From Shigella phage ESh26: a stretch of DNA of 64,000 nt. Location: sequence record ON528736; one strand, given 5' to 3'. Below, piece by piece: positions 1 to 10,578 of this stretch (position 1 is the first letter of the stretch; each line of letters begins with the position of its first letter). The notes under the pieces are model-generated. The model saw nothing but the letters and a program-made list of their open reading frames with translations, was not told the DNA's origin and did not search any database. Made by a program: the position numbers and the translations under genes.

Positions 1-502
1 TGTATGTCCAAAATGTAAAAAAGAAAAGACAGTTCCATTTGAAATATATCAAAAAGAATTAAAGGAACCTGTTTTTGATGTAGCTAATGTTAAAATTAAA
101 TTAAAGTTTCCTTCTGAGTTTTATGAAAATAAAGCAAAGATGATTACTGAAAATATTCATTCTGTTCAAGTAGATGAAATGTGGTATGATTGGAAGGAAA
201 TTAGCGAATCGAGTCAAATAGAACTTGTTGATGCCATCGAGATAGAAACATTAGAAAAAATTCTCGATGCAATGAATCCTATTAATTTAACATTGCATAT
301 GTCATGTTGTAATAAGTATGTAAAAAAATACACTGATATAGTAGATGTGTTTAAGCTATTAGTTAACCCAGATGAAATATTTACTTTTTATCAAATCAAT
401 CACACGCTCGTAAAAAGTAATTATAGCTTAAATTCAATAATGAAAATGATTCCTGCTGAGCGCGGATTCGTATTAAAACTGATTGAGAAGGATAAACAAT
501 AA
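1..502 (+). CDS. 51: Baseplate hub assembly protein gp51, 3' portion (5' end lies outside the window)
   Basis: Frame is open from the window start to a stop at 500-502; TAATG overlap with the next gene; position immediately upstream of gene 27 as in T4. Confidence 0.6.
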   Translation, partial: VCPKCKKEKTVPFEIYQKELKEPVFDVANVKIKLKFPSEFYENKAKMITENIHSVQVDEMWYDWKEISESSQIELVDAIEIETLEKILDAMNPINLTLHMSCCNKYVKKYTDIVDVFKLLVNPDEIFTFYQINHTLVKSNYSLNSIMKMIPAERGFVLKLIEKDKQ

Positions 503-1677
503 TGAGTATGTTGCAACGCCCAGGATATCCAAATCTCAGCGTTAAATTATTTGATAGCTACGACGCTTGGAGTAATAATAGATTTGTTGAATTAGCTGCT
601 ACTATTACCACATTAACTATGCGGGATTCTCTTTATGGCCGAAATGAAGGAATGCTGCAGTTTTATGATTCTAAAAATATCCATACAAAAATGGATGGAA
701 ATGAAATAATTCAGATTTCTGTAGCTAACGCAAACGATATTAATAATGTTAAAACACGAATTTATGGATGTAAGCATTTTTCTGTATCTGTAGATTCAAA
801 GGGTGATAACATCATTGCTATTGAATTGGGAACTATTCATTCCATAGAAAATCTTAAATTTGGCAGACCGTTTTTCTCTGATGCGGGTGAATCTATAAAG
901 GAAATGCTTGGTGTCATTTATCAGGATCGCACGTTATTAACTCCAGCAATAAATGCTATAAATGCTTATGTTCCTGATATTCCATGGACCAGCACATTTG
1001 AAAACTATTTGTCATATGTCAGAGAAGTTGCTCTAGCTGTAGGAAGTGACAAATTTGTATTTGTGTGGCAAGACATCATGGGAGTTAACATGATGGACTA
1101 TGATATGATGATAAATCAAGAACCGTATCCAATGATTGTCGGTGAGCCATCTTTAATAGGTCAATTCATACAAGAATTAAAATATCCATTAGCATATGAT
1201 TTCGTTTGGTTGACTAAATCGAATCCTCATAAACGTGACCCAATGAAAAATGCTACTATCTATGCGCATTCATTTTTAGATTCTTCATTGCCAATGATTA
1301 CTACAGGAAAGGGCGAAAACTCTATTGTAGTATCAAGGTCAGGTGCTTATTCTGAAATGACTTATAGGAATGGATATGAAGAAGCTATTCGTCTTCAAAC
1401 TATGGCACAATACGATGGCTATGCTAAATGTTCTACCGTCGGTAATTTTAACTTGACTCCTGGCGTTAAAATTATTTTTAATGATAGTAAAAACCAATTT
1501 AAAACAGAATTTTACGTTGATGAAGTTATCCATGAATTATCCAATAATAATTCAGTAACTCATCTATATATGTTCACTAATGCAACGAAACTGGAAACAA
1601 TAGACCCAGTTAAGGTTAAAAATGAATTTAAATCTGATACTACCACTGAAGAAAGTAGTTCTTCCAATAAGCAATAA
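502..1677 (+). CDS. 27: Baseplate hub subunit gp27
   Basis: 391 aa, same length as T4 gp27; conserved order 51-27-28-29-48-54. Confidence 0.85.
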   Translation: MSMLQRPGYPNLSVKLFDSYDAWSNNRFVELAATITTLTMRDSLYGRNEGMLQFYDSKNIHTKMDGNEIIQISVANANDINNVKTRIYGCKHFSVSVDSKGDNIIAIELGTIHSIENLKFGRPFFSDAGESIKEMLGVIYQDRTLLTPAINAINAYVPDIPWTSTFENYLSYVREVALAVGSDKFVFVWQDIMGVNMMDYDMMINQEPYPMIVGEPSLIGQFIQELKYPLAYDFVWLTKSNPHKRDPMKNATIYAHSFLDSSLPMITTGKGENSIVVSRSGAYSEMTYRNGYEEAIRLQTMAQYDGYAKCSTVGNFNLTPGVKIIFNDSKNQFKTEFYVDEVIHELSNNNSVTHLYMFTNATKLETIDPVKVKNEFKSDTTTEESSSSNKQ

Positions 1678-2155
1678 AGAAGTTTCTATTCCTAAAATGG
1701 GTCTTAAACATTATAACATTTTAAAAGATGTTAAAGGTCCTGATGAAAATTTAAAACTTCTTATTGATTCTATTTGTCCGAATTTATCACCAGCAGAAGT
1801 TGATTTCGTTTCCATTCATTTATTGGAATTTAATGGAAAGATTAAATCTCGTAAAGAAATAGATGGTTATACTTATGACATTAATGATGTTTATGTGTGT
1901 CAAAGATTAGAATTTCAATACCAAGGAAATACATTTTATTTTAGACCTCCTGGAAAATTTGAACAATTTTTAACGGTGAGCGATATGTTATCCAAATGCT
2001 TGCTTAAGGTCAATGATGAAGTTAAAGAAATTAATTTTCTTGAGATGCCAGCATTCGTTTTAAAATGGGCAAATGATATTTTTACAACTTTAGCAATTCC
2101 TGGCCCTAATGGTCCAATAACCGGAATTGGCAATATTATTGGATTATTTGAATGA
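1622..2155 (+). CDS. 28: Baseplate hub distal subunit gp28
   Basis: 177 aa as in T4 gp28; overlaps 3' end of gene 27; ATGA overlap with gene 29 start. Confidence 0.75.
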   Translation: MNLNLILPLKKVVLPISNKEVSIPKMGLKHYNILKDVKGPDENLKLLIDSICPNLSPAEVDFVSIHLLEFNGKIKSRKEIDGYTYDINDVYVCQRLEFQYQGNTFYFRPPGKFEQFLTVSDMLSKCLLKVNDEVKEINFLEMPAFVLKWANDIFTTLAIPGPNGPITGIGNIIGLFE

Positions 2156-3924
2156 AAAAGCCACAAGAAATGCAAACGATGCGTAGAAAAGTTATTTCAG
2201 ATAATAAACCAACACAGGAAGCGGCTAAATCCGCTTCCAACACTTTATCTGGACTTAACGATATATCTACGAAATTGGATGATGCTCAAGCTGCTTCTGA
2301 ATTAATTGCTCAAACTGTCGAAGAAAAATCGAATGAAATAATTGGAGCAATTGACAATGTAGAAAGCGCAGTGAGTGATACTACTGCTGGTTCTGAGTTA
2401 ATTGCTGAAACTGTCGAAATTGGCAACAATATTAATAAAGAAATCGGTGAATCACTCGGAAGTAAATTAGATAAATTAACAAGTTTACTAGAGCAAAAAA
2501 TCCAGACAGCCGGAATTCAACAGACTGGAACTAGTTTAGCTACGGTTGAAAGCGCTATTCCTGTTAAAGTTGTTGAGGACGATACAGCTGAATCTGTAGG
2601 TCCTTTATTACCGGCTCCTGAAGCAGTTAATAATGATCCTGATGCTGATTTTTTCCCTACCCCTCAGCCAGTTGAACCTAAACAAGAATCGCCAGAAGAA
2701 AAACAGAAAAAAGACGCATTTAACTTAAAATTATCTCAAGCTTTAGATAAATTAACAAAGACTGTTGATTTTGGATTTAAGAAGTCCATTTCAATTACTG
2801 ATAAAATATCGAGCATGTTATTTAAGTATACCGTCAGTGCTGCTATTGAAGCTGCTAAAATGACTGCAATGATATTGGCTGTTGTTGTTGGAATAGATCT
2901 GCTGATGGTTCACTTTAAATATTGGTCAGATAAATTTTCGCAGGCTTGGGATTTGTTTAGTACAGACTTTACTAAATTCTCTAGCGAAACCGGAACATGG
3001 GGTCCTTTATTACAGAGCATCTTTAGTTCTATTGATGAAATTAAAAAATTCTGGGAAGAGGGAGATTGGGGCGGTTTGACGGTAGCTATTGTAGAAGGGC
3101 TTGGAAAGGTTCTTTATAATTTAGGAGAACTTATTCAGCTTGGAATGGCTAAATTATCTGCTGCAATTCTTCGAGTCATTCCTGGCATGAAGGATACCGC
3201 TGATGAAGTAGAAGGAAGAGCACTAGAAAATTTCCAAAATTCTACTGGAGCATCTCTCAATAAAGAAGACCAGGAAAAAGTAGCAAATTATCAAGATAAA
3301 CGAATGAACGGAGACCTTGGTCCGATAGCAAAAGGATTAGATAAAATTGCTAATTGGAAAACTCGTGCATCTAACTGGATTCGTGGCGTTGATAATAAAG
3401 AAGCACTAACTACCGACGAAGAACGTGCAGCAGAAGAAGAAAAATTAAAGCAACTTTCACCTGAAGAAAGAAAAAATGCTTTAATGAAAGCTAATGAAGC
3501 TCGTGCCGCGATGATTCGTTTTGAAAAATACGCTGATTCGGCTGATATGAGTAAAGACTCAACGGTTAAATCAGTTGAAGCTGCCTATGAAGACCTTAAA
3601 AAACGAATGGATGACCCGGATTTAAATAATTCACCGGCAGTTAAAAAAGAACTTGCTGCTAGATTTTCTAAAATTGATGCTACTTATCAAGAGCTCAAGA
3701 AAAATCAGCCTAATGCCAAACCTGAAACTTCTGCTAAATCGCCAGAAGCAAAACAAGTCCAGGTAATAGAAAAGAACAAAGCACAGCAAGCTCCTGTTCA
3801 ACAAGCATCTCCTTCAATCAATAATACTAATAATGTTATTAAGAAAAATACTGTCGTTCATAATATGACACCCGTAACGAGCACGACTGCTCCTGGTGTA
3901 TTTGATGCGACTGGAGTTAATTAA
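2152..3924 (+). CDS. 29: Baseplate hub / tail length determinator gp29
   Basis: 590 aa as in T4 gp29; N-terminal coiled-coil-like region, hydrophobic central segment; synteny. Confidence 0.85.
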   Translation: MKKPQEMQTMRRKVISDNKPTQEAAKSASNTLSGLNDISTKLDDAQAASELIAQTVEEKSNEIIGAIDNVESAVSDTTAGSELIAETVEIGNNINKEIGESLGSKLDKLTSLLEQKIQTAGIQQTGTSLATVESAIPVKVVEDDTAESVGPLLPAPEAVNNDPDADFFPTPQPVEPKQESPEEKQKKDAFNLKLSQALDKLTKTVDFGFKKSISITDKISSMLFKYTVSAAIEAAKMTAMILAVVVGIDLLMVHFKYWSDKFSQAWDLFSTDFTKFSSETGTWGPLLQSIFSSIDEIKKFWEEGDWGGLTVAIVEGLGKVLYNLGELIQLGMAKLSAAILRVIPGMKDTADEVEGRALENFQNSTGASLNKEDQEKVANYQDKRMNGDLGPIAKGLDKIANWKTRASNWIRGVDNKEALTTDEERAAEEEKLKQLSPEERKNALMKANEARAAMIRFEKYADSADMSKDSTVKSVEAAYEDLKKRMDDPDLNNSPAVKKELAARFSKIDATYQELKKNQPNAKPETSAKSPEAKQVQVIEKNKAQQAPVQQASPSINNTNNVIKKNTVVHNMTPVTSTTAPGVFDATGVN

Positions 3925-3932
3925 GGAATAAT

Positions 3933-5027
3933 ATGGCAATTGTTAAAGAAATAACTGCTGATTTAATTAAAAAGTCCGGTGAGAAAATTTCAGCCGGACA
4001 GAGTACTAAATCAGAAGTAGTAACTAAAACATACACTGCCCAGTTTCCAACTGGGCGTGCTAGTGGTAATGACACTACAGGGGACTTCCAGGTAACAGAT
4101 CTATATAAGAATGGATTATTATTTACTGCATACAATATGTCATCTAGGGATTCTGGAAGTCTTAGATCGATGAGATCTAACTACTCTTCTTCATCTTCGA
4201 GTATTTTAAGTACAGCTAGAAACACTATTAGTAGTACAGTATCAAAACTATCAAATGGATTAATATCAAATAACAATTCAGGAACAATAAGTAAAGCTCC
4301 TGTCGCAAACATTCTTTTACCGAGATCTAAATCTGACGTTGATACGTCATCACATAGATTTAACGATGTTCAAGAAAGTCTTATCAGCAGAGGTGGAGGT
4401 ACTGCTACTGGTGTGTTAAGTAATATTGCTTCAACTGCAGTATTTGGGGCACTGGAAAGTATAACACAAGGTATAATGGCTGATAATAATGAACAGATTT
4501 ATACGACAGCCAGAAGTATGTATGGTGGTGCTGAGAATAGAACTAAAGTGTTTACATGGGATTTGACTCCACGTTCAACAGAAGATTTGATGGCTATTAT
4601 TAATATCTATCAATATTTTAACTATTTTTCTTATGGTGAAACGGGCAAATCTCAATATGCTGCTGAAATAAAGGGGTATTTAGATGATTGGTATCGTTCT
4701 ACGTTAATTGAACCTTTATCTCCGGAAGACGCAGCTAAAAATAAAACACTATTTGAGAAAATGACATCGAGTTTAACTAACGTTCTAGTAGTTTCAAACC
4801 CGACAATTTGGATGGTGAAAAACTTTGGTGCAACATCTAAGTTTGATGGAAAAACGGAAATATTTGGCCCATGTCAAATACAGAGCATCAGATTTGATAA
4901 AACACCTAATGGTAACTTTAACGGATTAGCTATTGCTCCAAACCTCCCTAGTACATTTACTCTTGAGATTACTATGAGAGAAATTATCACGTTAAATCGT
5001 GCTTCTTTATATGCGGGGACTTTTTAA
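3933..5027 (+). CDS. 48: Baseplate tail tube cap gp48
   Basis: 364 aa as in T4 gp48; synteny between 29 and 54. Confidence 0.85.
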   Translation: MAIVKEITADLIKKSGEKISAGQSTKSEVVTKTYTAQFPTGRASGNDTTGDFQVTDLYKNGLLFTAYNMSSRDSGSLRSMRSNYSSSSSSILSTARNTISSTVSKLSNGLISNNNSGTISKAPVANILLPRSKSDVDTSSHRFNDVQESLISRGGGTATGVLSNIASTAVFGALESITQGIMADNNEQIYTTARSMYGGAENRTKVFTWDLTPRSTEDLMAIINIYQYFNYFSYGETGKSQYAAEIKGYLDDWYRSTLIEPLSPEDAAKNKTLFEKMTSSLTNVLVVSNPTIWMVKNFGATSKFDGKTEIFGPCQIQSIRFDKTPNGNFNGLAIAPNLPSTFTLEITMREIITLNRASLYAGTF

Positions 5028-5992
5028 TGTATTCTTTAGAGGAATTTAATAATCAAGCAATAAACGCAGATTTCCAGCGTAATAATATGTTTAGCTGCGT
5101 TTTTGCGACAACTCCATCAACTAAAAGCTCTTCGTTGATAAGTTCAATTAGCAACTTTTCTTATAATAACTTGGGTCTAAATTCAGACTGGTTAGGATTG
5201 TCTCAAGGCGATATTAATCAGGGAATTACCACGCTAATTACTGCTGGCACACAAAAACTGATAAGAAAATCAGGGGTTAGTAAATATCTTATTGGTGCCA
5301 TGAGTCAACGTACAGTTCAAAGTTTATTGGGCTCATTTACAGTTGGTACATATTTAATTGACTTCTTTAATATGGCATATAACTCATCTGGGTTGATGAT
5401 ATATTCTGTAAAAATGCCAGAGAATAGATTATCCTATGAAACTGACTGGAACTATAATTCTCCTAATATTCGTATAACTGGGAGAGAATTAGACCCTTTG
5501 GTTATTTCATTTAGAATGGATTCAGAAGCTTGTAACTATCGTGCGATGCAAGACTGGGTTAACGCTGTTCAAGACCCAGTAACTGGATTGCGTGCTTTGC
5601 CACAAGATGTCGAGGCAGATATTCAGGTTAATCTTCATGCTCGTAATGGATTACCTCATACTGCGGTGATGTTCACCGGATGCATTCCAGTGTCAGTGAG
5701 CGCTCCTGAGTTATCATATGATGGAGATAACCAAATAACTACATTTGATGTTACTTTTGCGTATAGAGTCATGCAGGCTGGGTCGGTTGATAGACAGGCC
5801 GCGCTTGAGTGGCTTGAATCTGCTGCTATAAATGGCATTCAAAGCGTTCTCGGAAATAGTGGAGGTGTTACTGGATTATCTAATTCGCTTTCACGACTTA
5901 GTAGATTAGGGGGAACTGCTGGAAGCATTTCAAACATTAATACTATGACAGGAATTGTCAATTCGCAAAGTAAAATATTAGGAGCAATATAA
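5027..5992 (+). CDS. 54: Baseplate tail tube initiator gp54
   Basis: 321 aa (T4 gp54 about 320 aa); TAATG overlap with gene 48 stop. Confidence 0.85.
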   Translation: MYSLEEFNNQAINADFQRNNMFSCVFATTPSTKSSSLISSISNFSYNNLGLNSDWLGLSQGDINQGITTLITAGTQKLIRKSGVSKYLIGAMSQRTVQSLLGSFTVGTYLIDFFNMAYNSSGLMIYSVKMPENRLSYETDWNYNSPNIRITGRELDPLVISFRMDSEACNYRAMQDWVNAVQDPVTGLRALPQDVEADIQVNLHARNGLPHTAVMFTGCIPVSVSAPELSYDGDNQITTFDVTFAYRVMQAGSVDRQAALEWLESAAINGIQSVLGNSGGVTGLSNSLSRLSRLGGTAGSISNINTMTGIVNSQSKILGAI

Positions 5993-5996
5993 CAAT

Positions 5997-6026
5997 GGGG
6001 ACCGAAAGGTCCCCATATTTTTATTT
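5997..6026. terminator. Bidirectional rho-independent terminator between convergent gene 54 and the minus-strand ORF
   Basis: Hairpin ggggaccgaaaggtcccc followed by a T-rich run; lies between convergent stops. Confidence 0.6.
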
Positions 6027-6311
6027 ACGGAATGAAATGAAAGCAGCAACTGAAGCAACTAAACTGTCTTCAATATAAACTTCAATTTTTACCGGAGCTT
6101 CTGACTCAAATTTACCTGTTACTACACCTTGGAAAATGCTTTCAGTCTGTTCTGGCTTTGAAAAATTTTCAGAAGGAAAAATTCCGAACTTTTTATCTGT
6201 TCCAAAAATTTTGATAAATTCATCATAAACTGCTTCATTAAAAGCGTTATCAGCAGGAATAACGCCTTCAACTACAAGTTCTTGACCTAAAAAGCGTAAA
6301 GAAGATTTCAT
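6021..6311 (-). CDS. Hypothetical early protein (96 aa) downstream of the alt paralogs
   Basis: ATG with GAGGA Shine-Dalgarno; preceded by an early-promoter cassette; acidic small protein. Confidence 0.5.
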   Translation of the reverse strand: MKSSLRFLGQELVVEGVIPADNAFNEAVYDEFIKIFGTDKKFGIFPSENFSKPEQTESIFQGVVTGKFESEAPVKIEVYIEDSLVASVAAFISFRK

Positions 6312-6339
6312 TTTGTGTTCCTCATGTTATGTCAGTAAG

Positions 6340-6375
6340 ATTATTATAACACAACACGAGGGACTTGTAAACTAC
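6340..6375 (-). promoter_or_regulatory. T4-type early promoter (-35 GTTTAC, 18-nt spacer, -10 TATAAT) within a duplicated leader cassette
   Basis: Reverse complement reads GTTTAC-N18-TATAAT; about 50 bp nearly identical to 21832-21892. Confidence 0.5.
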
Positions 6376-8429
6376 ATCTTGAACTTTTTAGACATTCCGT
6401 TGATGTTAACCAAAGAAGCCAAGATTTGAGAAACTTCGTTTTCCTCTTCTTTTGATTCTTCTACAAGGAATTGATTAAACCCAGCCATTGGACGAACTTC
6501 ACCAGTTTCCATTAGATGATCGCCATCATATACCGATTCTTCTAATTGTTCAGAAGGAGGAACGATTGTGCCTTCAATTAGATACTTGTTATAAGCAGTT
6601 TCTTTCATCATGTACGTGCTTACTTTATTAATCTTCAACAAAATTCCACGCGGTAGAATAACTTCAGCTTCTGATGGAAATCCCGATAAATGACCTGGAA
6701 CGATAACTTTGATTCGCTCAGCCCCTTTAATTACCATACCTACGCTAGTTTCAGCATCTTCATTCGCATAAGCAGAATGACTGCCCATATGCATTAAATC
6801 TTCAGCATCAACAGAACCTTCTCCTTCACCAGAAAATACTGCGCCGGAATCATCTAGAGCCATATAGTTTTTACCATGCTCACCGAAGATATTTGGTTTA
6901 AGCGATGTTGATACGAAGTTCTTGAAATAGAACATTTTATTTTCAATATTATGGCGTAAAGTTTTAAAAGTAACTTCTTGTCCACGATAAAGCGTAGTTC
7001 CTGGAGGAAGAACTGAACCTTTGGCAAAGGCAGAATCCAGCGTCTCGATGTGTTTAATAGCTCGTTCCATGTATTCTTCACGGGTAGAATCTGGTTTACC
7101 CAAGAGGAACGAGTTCATTTCAACATATGAATCTGCACAATAATCTTCAATTACATCAGACTCAGCTTGAGTCAGTCCTTTTGGAGTTACTTCGGTGCTT
7201 GCGTATTCATATGCCTGAGCAGCAGATTCATTAATCAATTTATAAATGCCATTCATGACAAATTGAATAATAGCTACCTTTTCGTCTGGTGTGGCTTTAG
7301 AACCTTTAACTAAATCATTGATAATTTTCTTAATAACATCAAAGCTATTAGAAATATTAATGTCAGCGAGATCGCTCAAAATTTTATCGGTTTTATAATC
7401 AAAAAATTCTTTATTCTTTAAATATTCTTGAGAACCTTGATGTGTTATATCGCTCTGCAGTCTGATAGACGGATCACGTAAACGCGCATGGGCCAATGCA
7501 ATATGATTTCGGAAGCTTTCTAGTTCATAATCGTTAGATTTAAAACGAGAAGCACTTCTCATACCACCGATAGCTCCTTTGCCGAAGTTTGAACCAATCT
7601 GAATAACACCAGAGTTCATTGGTCCTTCTGCTTTATATACCGGAACTTTAGATTCAAACTCTTGATATTTCTTGGCAGCGAAGCTATCACCCTGAAGCGA
7701 AGCATCGACAGTAGAATATTGAGCTTGTGCTGCCAATCGACGACTAATTTTAGTTTTCTGAATAACAGCTTGATCCGTGCGCTTATCATTTTCTAAAGCA
7801 ATAGAAGCAGCAACAGCAACAGCTTTAGGAACAGCATTACCTGTTTTAACATCTACATAAACATCACCAACCTTTGATTCAACTTTTGTGAATAACTCAG
7901 TTGAAATAGGAGGTACACCTGGAATGTCTTCTAAATTGGCATTTTTACGGTAAACCATAATATATGCATACTTTTTATCATAATCCCAGATTTCCTTTAA
8001 AAGAACATATCGACCTGCTCCTTTAGTACGTACTAAACGGTCAGCAATAACTTGCATTTGACGAGCTGCGCCATTTGTTTTACTTTTTAGTACGCGGAAT
8101 AAGCATGCATCAATTTTATACTGTTTCATTGTTTGAAGAGCAGTATCAAAAACGGCATTAATGACACCAATTGGATTTCCACCCAAGTTTTTAAGTTTAA
8201 CTAATGATAGTTTCTCATTAACACCTATCATTACGATATGCATCATTTTATCGCCTGGCTTAACGTTTTTATTTGTATCACCACCAGAGGTGTATGTACA
8301 AAATCTAAATCCAGGAAGCACACTTTCTTCGCCGGCTTGAATAGCAAAAATTTGAGGTATTTTATGCTTAGGATTTAAGTTAACAACCGGCGCCGAAGCG
8401 CCGTCAAATAATTCTGTAATAAGTTCCAT
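6372..8429 (-). CDS. Alt-like ADP-ribosyltransferase paralog (685 aa)
   Basis: N-terminal about 220 aa nearly identical to the adjacent Alt; C-terminal ART motifs YRGQ, FKNFVSTSL, EAEVILPRG; divergent centre. Confidence 0.8.
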   Translation of the reverse strand: MELITELFDGASAPVVNLNPKHKIPQIFAIQAGEESVLPGFRFCTYTSGGDTNKNVKPGDKMMHIVMIGVNEKLSLVKLKNLGGNPIGVINAVFDTALQTMKQYKIDACLFRVLKSKTNGAARQMQVIADRLVRTKGAGRYVLLKEIWDYDKKYAYIMVYRKNANLEDIPGVPPISTELFTKVESKVGDVYVDVKTGNAVPKAVAVAASIALENDKRTDQAVIQKTKISRRLAAQAQYSTVDASLQGDSFAAKKYQEFESKVPVYKAEGPMNSGVIQIGSNFGKGAIGGMRSASRFKSNDYELESFRNHIALAHARLRDPSIRLQSDITHQGSQEYLKNKEFFDYKTDKILSDLADINISNSFDVIKKIINDLVKGSKATPDEKVAIIQFVMNGIYKLINESAAQAYEYASTEVTPKGLTQAESDVIEDYCADSYVEMNSFLLGKPDSTREEYMERAIKHIETLDSAFAKGSVLPPGTTLYRGQEVTFKTLRHNIENKMFYFKNFVSTSLKPNIFGEHGKNYMALDDSGAVFSGEGEGSVDAEDLMHMGSHSAYANEDAETSVGMVIKGAERIKVIVPGHLSGFPSEAEVILPRGILLKINKVSTYMMKETAYNKYLIEGTIVPPSEQLEESVYDGDHLMETGEVRPMAGFNQFLVEESKEEENEVSQILASLVNINGMSKKFKM

Positions 8430-8432
8430 GAT

Positions 8433-10526
8433 TTATCCTTGAACGAACTTGTAAGGCATGTTTGTAATATCTATGCAAGACGCAATAATTCCAAGAGATG
8501 ATTCTACTTTTTGTTTAACATTTGATGAAACAAATGATGCAAAGTCAACTCTGTCTTCTATTTCAATATCACCTGTCATTGCAACTACTTCACCAGTTTC
8601 CATTAGACGGTCACCGTCATAAATTACTGATTCGGTGAGTTCTTCCGTAGTCATAACTTCAGCTTGAATGAGTTTTGTATTATTAGATGTTGTTCCGTCA
8701 TTATTAGAAGCATCAGTTATTTTATTAACTTTGACCATCAATCCGCGTGGTAGAATAACTTCAGCTTCTGTTGCTATTCCGAGACTTCCTGGATATACAA
8801 CATTAACTTTATGAGCTCCATCAATTGCCCATCCTATTTGAACTTTAACGTATTCAGGATTTTCTTTATACGCTCTTATTTCGTTTGGATTAATAGTTAT
8901 TCCTTCTTCATTTTTATCAACTGTTAATTCATTACGAGCTTCTGGTTCTAAAAGACCAATACCAGCATGTGTAATTCCAAAACGTCCAAAAATGATAGGA
9001 GTTAAAGAAGTAGATACAAAATTTCTGAAATAGAATACTTTATTTTTAACTAGTGCTTCGTATATAGGAGCAGTCATACTTTGAGCACGATAAACTGTAA
9101 TGCCTTCTGGTATACGGTCACCATTTTCAAAAGCTGAATCTAAGTTATTTATAGCAGATTCAATTTCTTTTTCACTCATTACATCATATCGTTCTGGATT
9201 GTAGCGTCCTAAAAGAAGATTATTGATGTCAGTATATCCTGAACCGCAATACTCTCTAATGCCGCGCTTTTGTGATGGAGTATATTTAGAACCATCACGG
9301 GCAATAGTAATATCAATCATTGGACCTGCACCAATTCCAGAAAAGCTATAAATCATTCGTTTGAGGAATTTAGTTTTTGCTGCGTTCCAGGAATTTTTAG
9401 TTATTTCTTCCCAGACTTCATCTGGCTGTCCTTTACGGGTTTTATTATGTTTATCAAGCCAATTATCTTTATATTCTTCAAAGAGTTGATTAACAGCTGC
9501 TGCGTATTTCTCCAAACATTTTATTGAAGTAGTTGGTTCATTTTTAATCGCATTAAGAATTACATCTTTAATCTTTTCAGAAACTTCATTAACCTCACTT
9601 TTTGAAAAGAATTTATAGTCATAATGAAGTTCATCTGCAGTTCCTTCAGCAATAATTTTTGCTGCCTTAGTTTTAGAAGCTAATGAATTAATTCCAAGCT
9701 TCATTTCTTCTGCTTCGGGAATTAAAGGAGCTGTAGCAGGTTTATTGAAATTAGCTGCGGTAGATTCATACTTCTGGAATAATTCACTTTCAAATCTAGA
9801 AGATTCCAATGACTGACTTTGCGCAATTGCTCTACGGGAAATTTTAACTTTAACGATTACAGCTTGATCAGAACGTTTATCGTTTTCTTGCGCAATAGAT
9901 GCTGCAATTGCCTCATTTTTAGTTACTTGAGCTCCGGTATCTTTATTGATATAAACATCACCGACCTTCGATTCAACTTTAGTAAAGAGCTCAGTACTAA
10001 TTTCCGGAACTCCTGGAATGTCTTCTAGTGATACATTTTTGCGATGTATAAGAATATATGCATACTTTTTATCGTAATCCCAGAGTTCCTTAAGAAGGAC
10101 GTATCTGCCACCTGAACGACTACGGATAAGTCTATCAGCAATAAGTTGAATTTGACGAGCTTGACCAGCAGTTTTAGACTTAAGAATACGGAGCATGCAG
10201 GCATCAATTTTATACTGACGCATTGTTTGCATTGCAACAGTAAAAACTGAATTGATGTAATTAATTGGGCTTGGACCGAGACCTTTTAATTTAGCAATTG
10301 AACCTTTAGCAGTTAATGTAAAAGGAACAATATGCATCATTTTATCGCCCATCTTTAAATCGCGATTAGTATCACCTCCAGATGTATAAGTACATAAACG
10401 AAAACCTGGTTGTTCAATTGCGTCATCAACATGAACTGAAAAAATTTGCGGTATTTTCTTCTTTGGATTTAAGTTTGTAATCGGAAGAGTAGTATCTTCG
10501 TCAAATAATTCTGTAATGAGTTCCAT
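8433..10526 (-). CDS. alt: RNA polymerase ADP-ribosyltransferase Alt (packaged, injected)
   Basis: About 697 aa; N-terminus MELITELFDEDTTLPITNL... and ART motifs YRAQ, FRNFVSTSL, ATEAEVILPRG as recalled for T4 Alt; located between 54 and 30. Confidence 0.85.
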   Translation of the reverse strand: MELITELFDEDTTLPITNLNPKKKIPQIFSVHVDDAIEQPGFRLCTYTSGGDTNRDLKMGDKMMHIVPFTLTAKGSIAKLKGLGPSPINYINSVFTVAMQTMRQYKIDACMLRILKSKTAGQARQIQLIADRLIRSRSGGRYVLLKELWDYDKKYAYILIHRKNVSLEDIPGVPEISTELFTKVESKVGDVYINKDTGAQVTKNEAIAASIAQENDKRSDQAVIVKVKISRRAIAQSQSLESSRFESELFQKYESTAANFNKPATAPLIPEAEEMKLGINSLASKTKAAKIIAEGTADELHYDYKFFSKSEVNEVSEKIKDVILNAIKNEPTTSIKCLEKYAAAVNQLFEEYKDNWLDKHNKTRKGQPDEVWEEITKNSWNAAKTKFLKRMIYSFSGIGAGPMIDITIARDGSKYTPSQKRGIREYCGSGYTDINNLLLGRYNPERYDVMSEKEIESAINNLDSAFENGDRIPEGITVYRAQSMTAPIYEALVKNKVFYFRNFVSTSLTPIIFGRFGITHAGIGLLEPEARNELTVDKNEEGITINPNEIRAYKENPEYVKVQIGWAIDGAHKVNVVYPGSLGIATEAEVILPRGLMVKVNKITDASNNDGTTSNNTKLIQAEVMTTEELTESVIYDGDRLMETGEVVAMTGDIEIEDRVDFASFVSSNVKQKVESSLGIIASCIDITNMPYKFVQG

Positions 10527-10578
10527 CATATCCTCTCTAGTGTTTATTCTATTTATAAAATTAAAGGCCCGAAGGCCT

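Noticed and set aside
1339-1533. Short antisense ORFs inside large genes (for example 1339-1533, 9819-10028, 19636-20028, 31075-31554, 35570-35812, 42760-43017, 53238-53536, 57156-57395)
   Set aside because: They lie entirely within, and antisense to, well-supported conserved genes; low-complexity translations typical of shadow ORFs in AT-rich DNA
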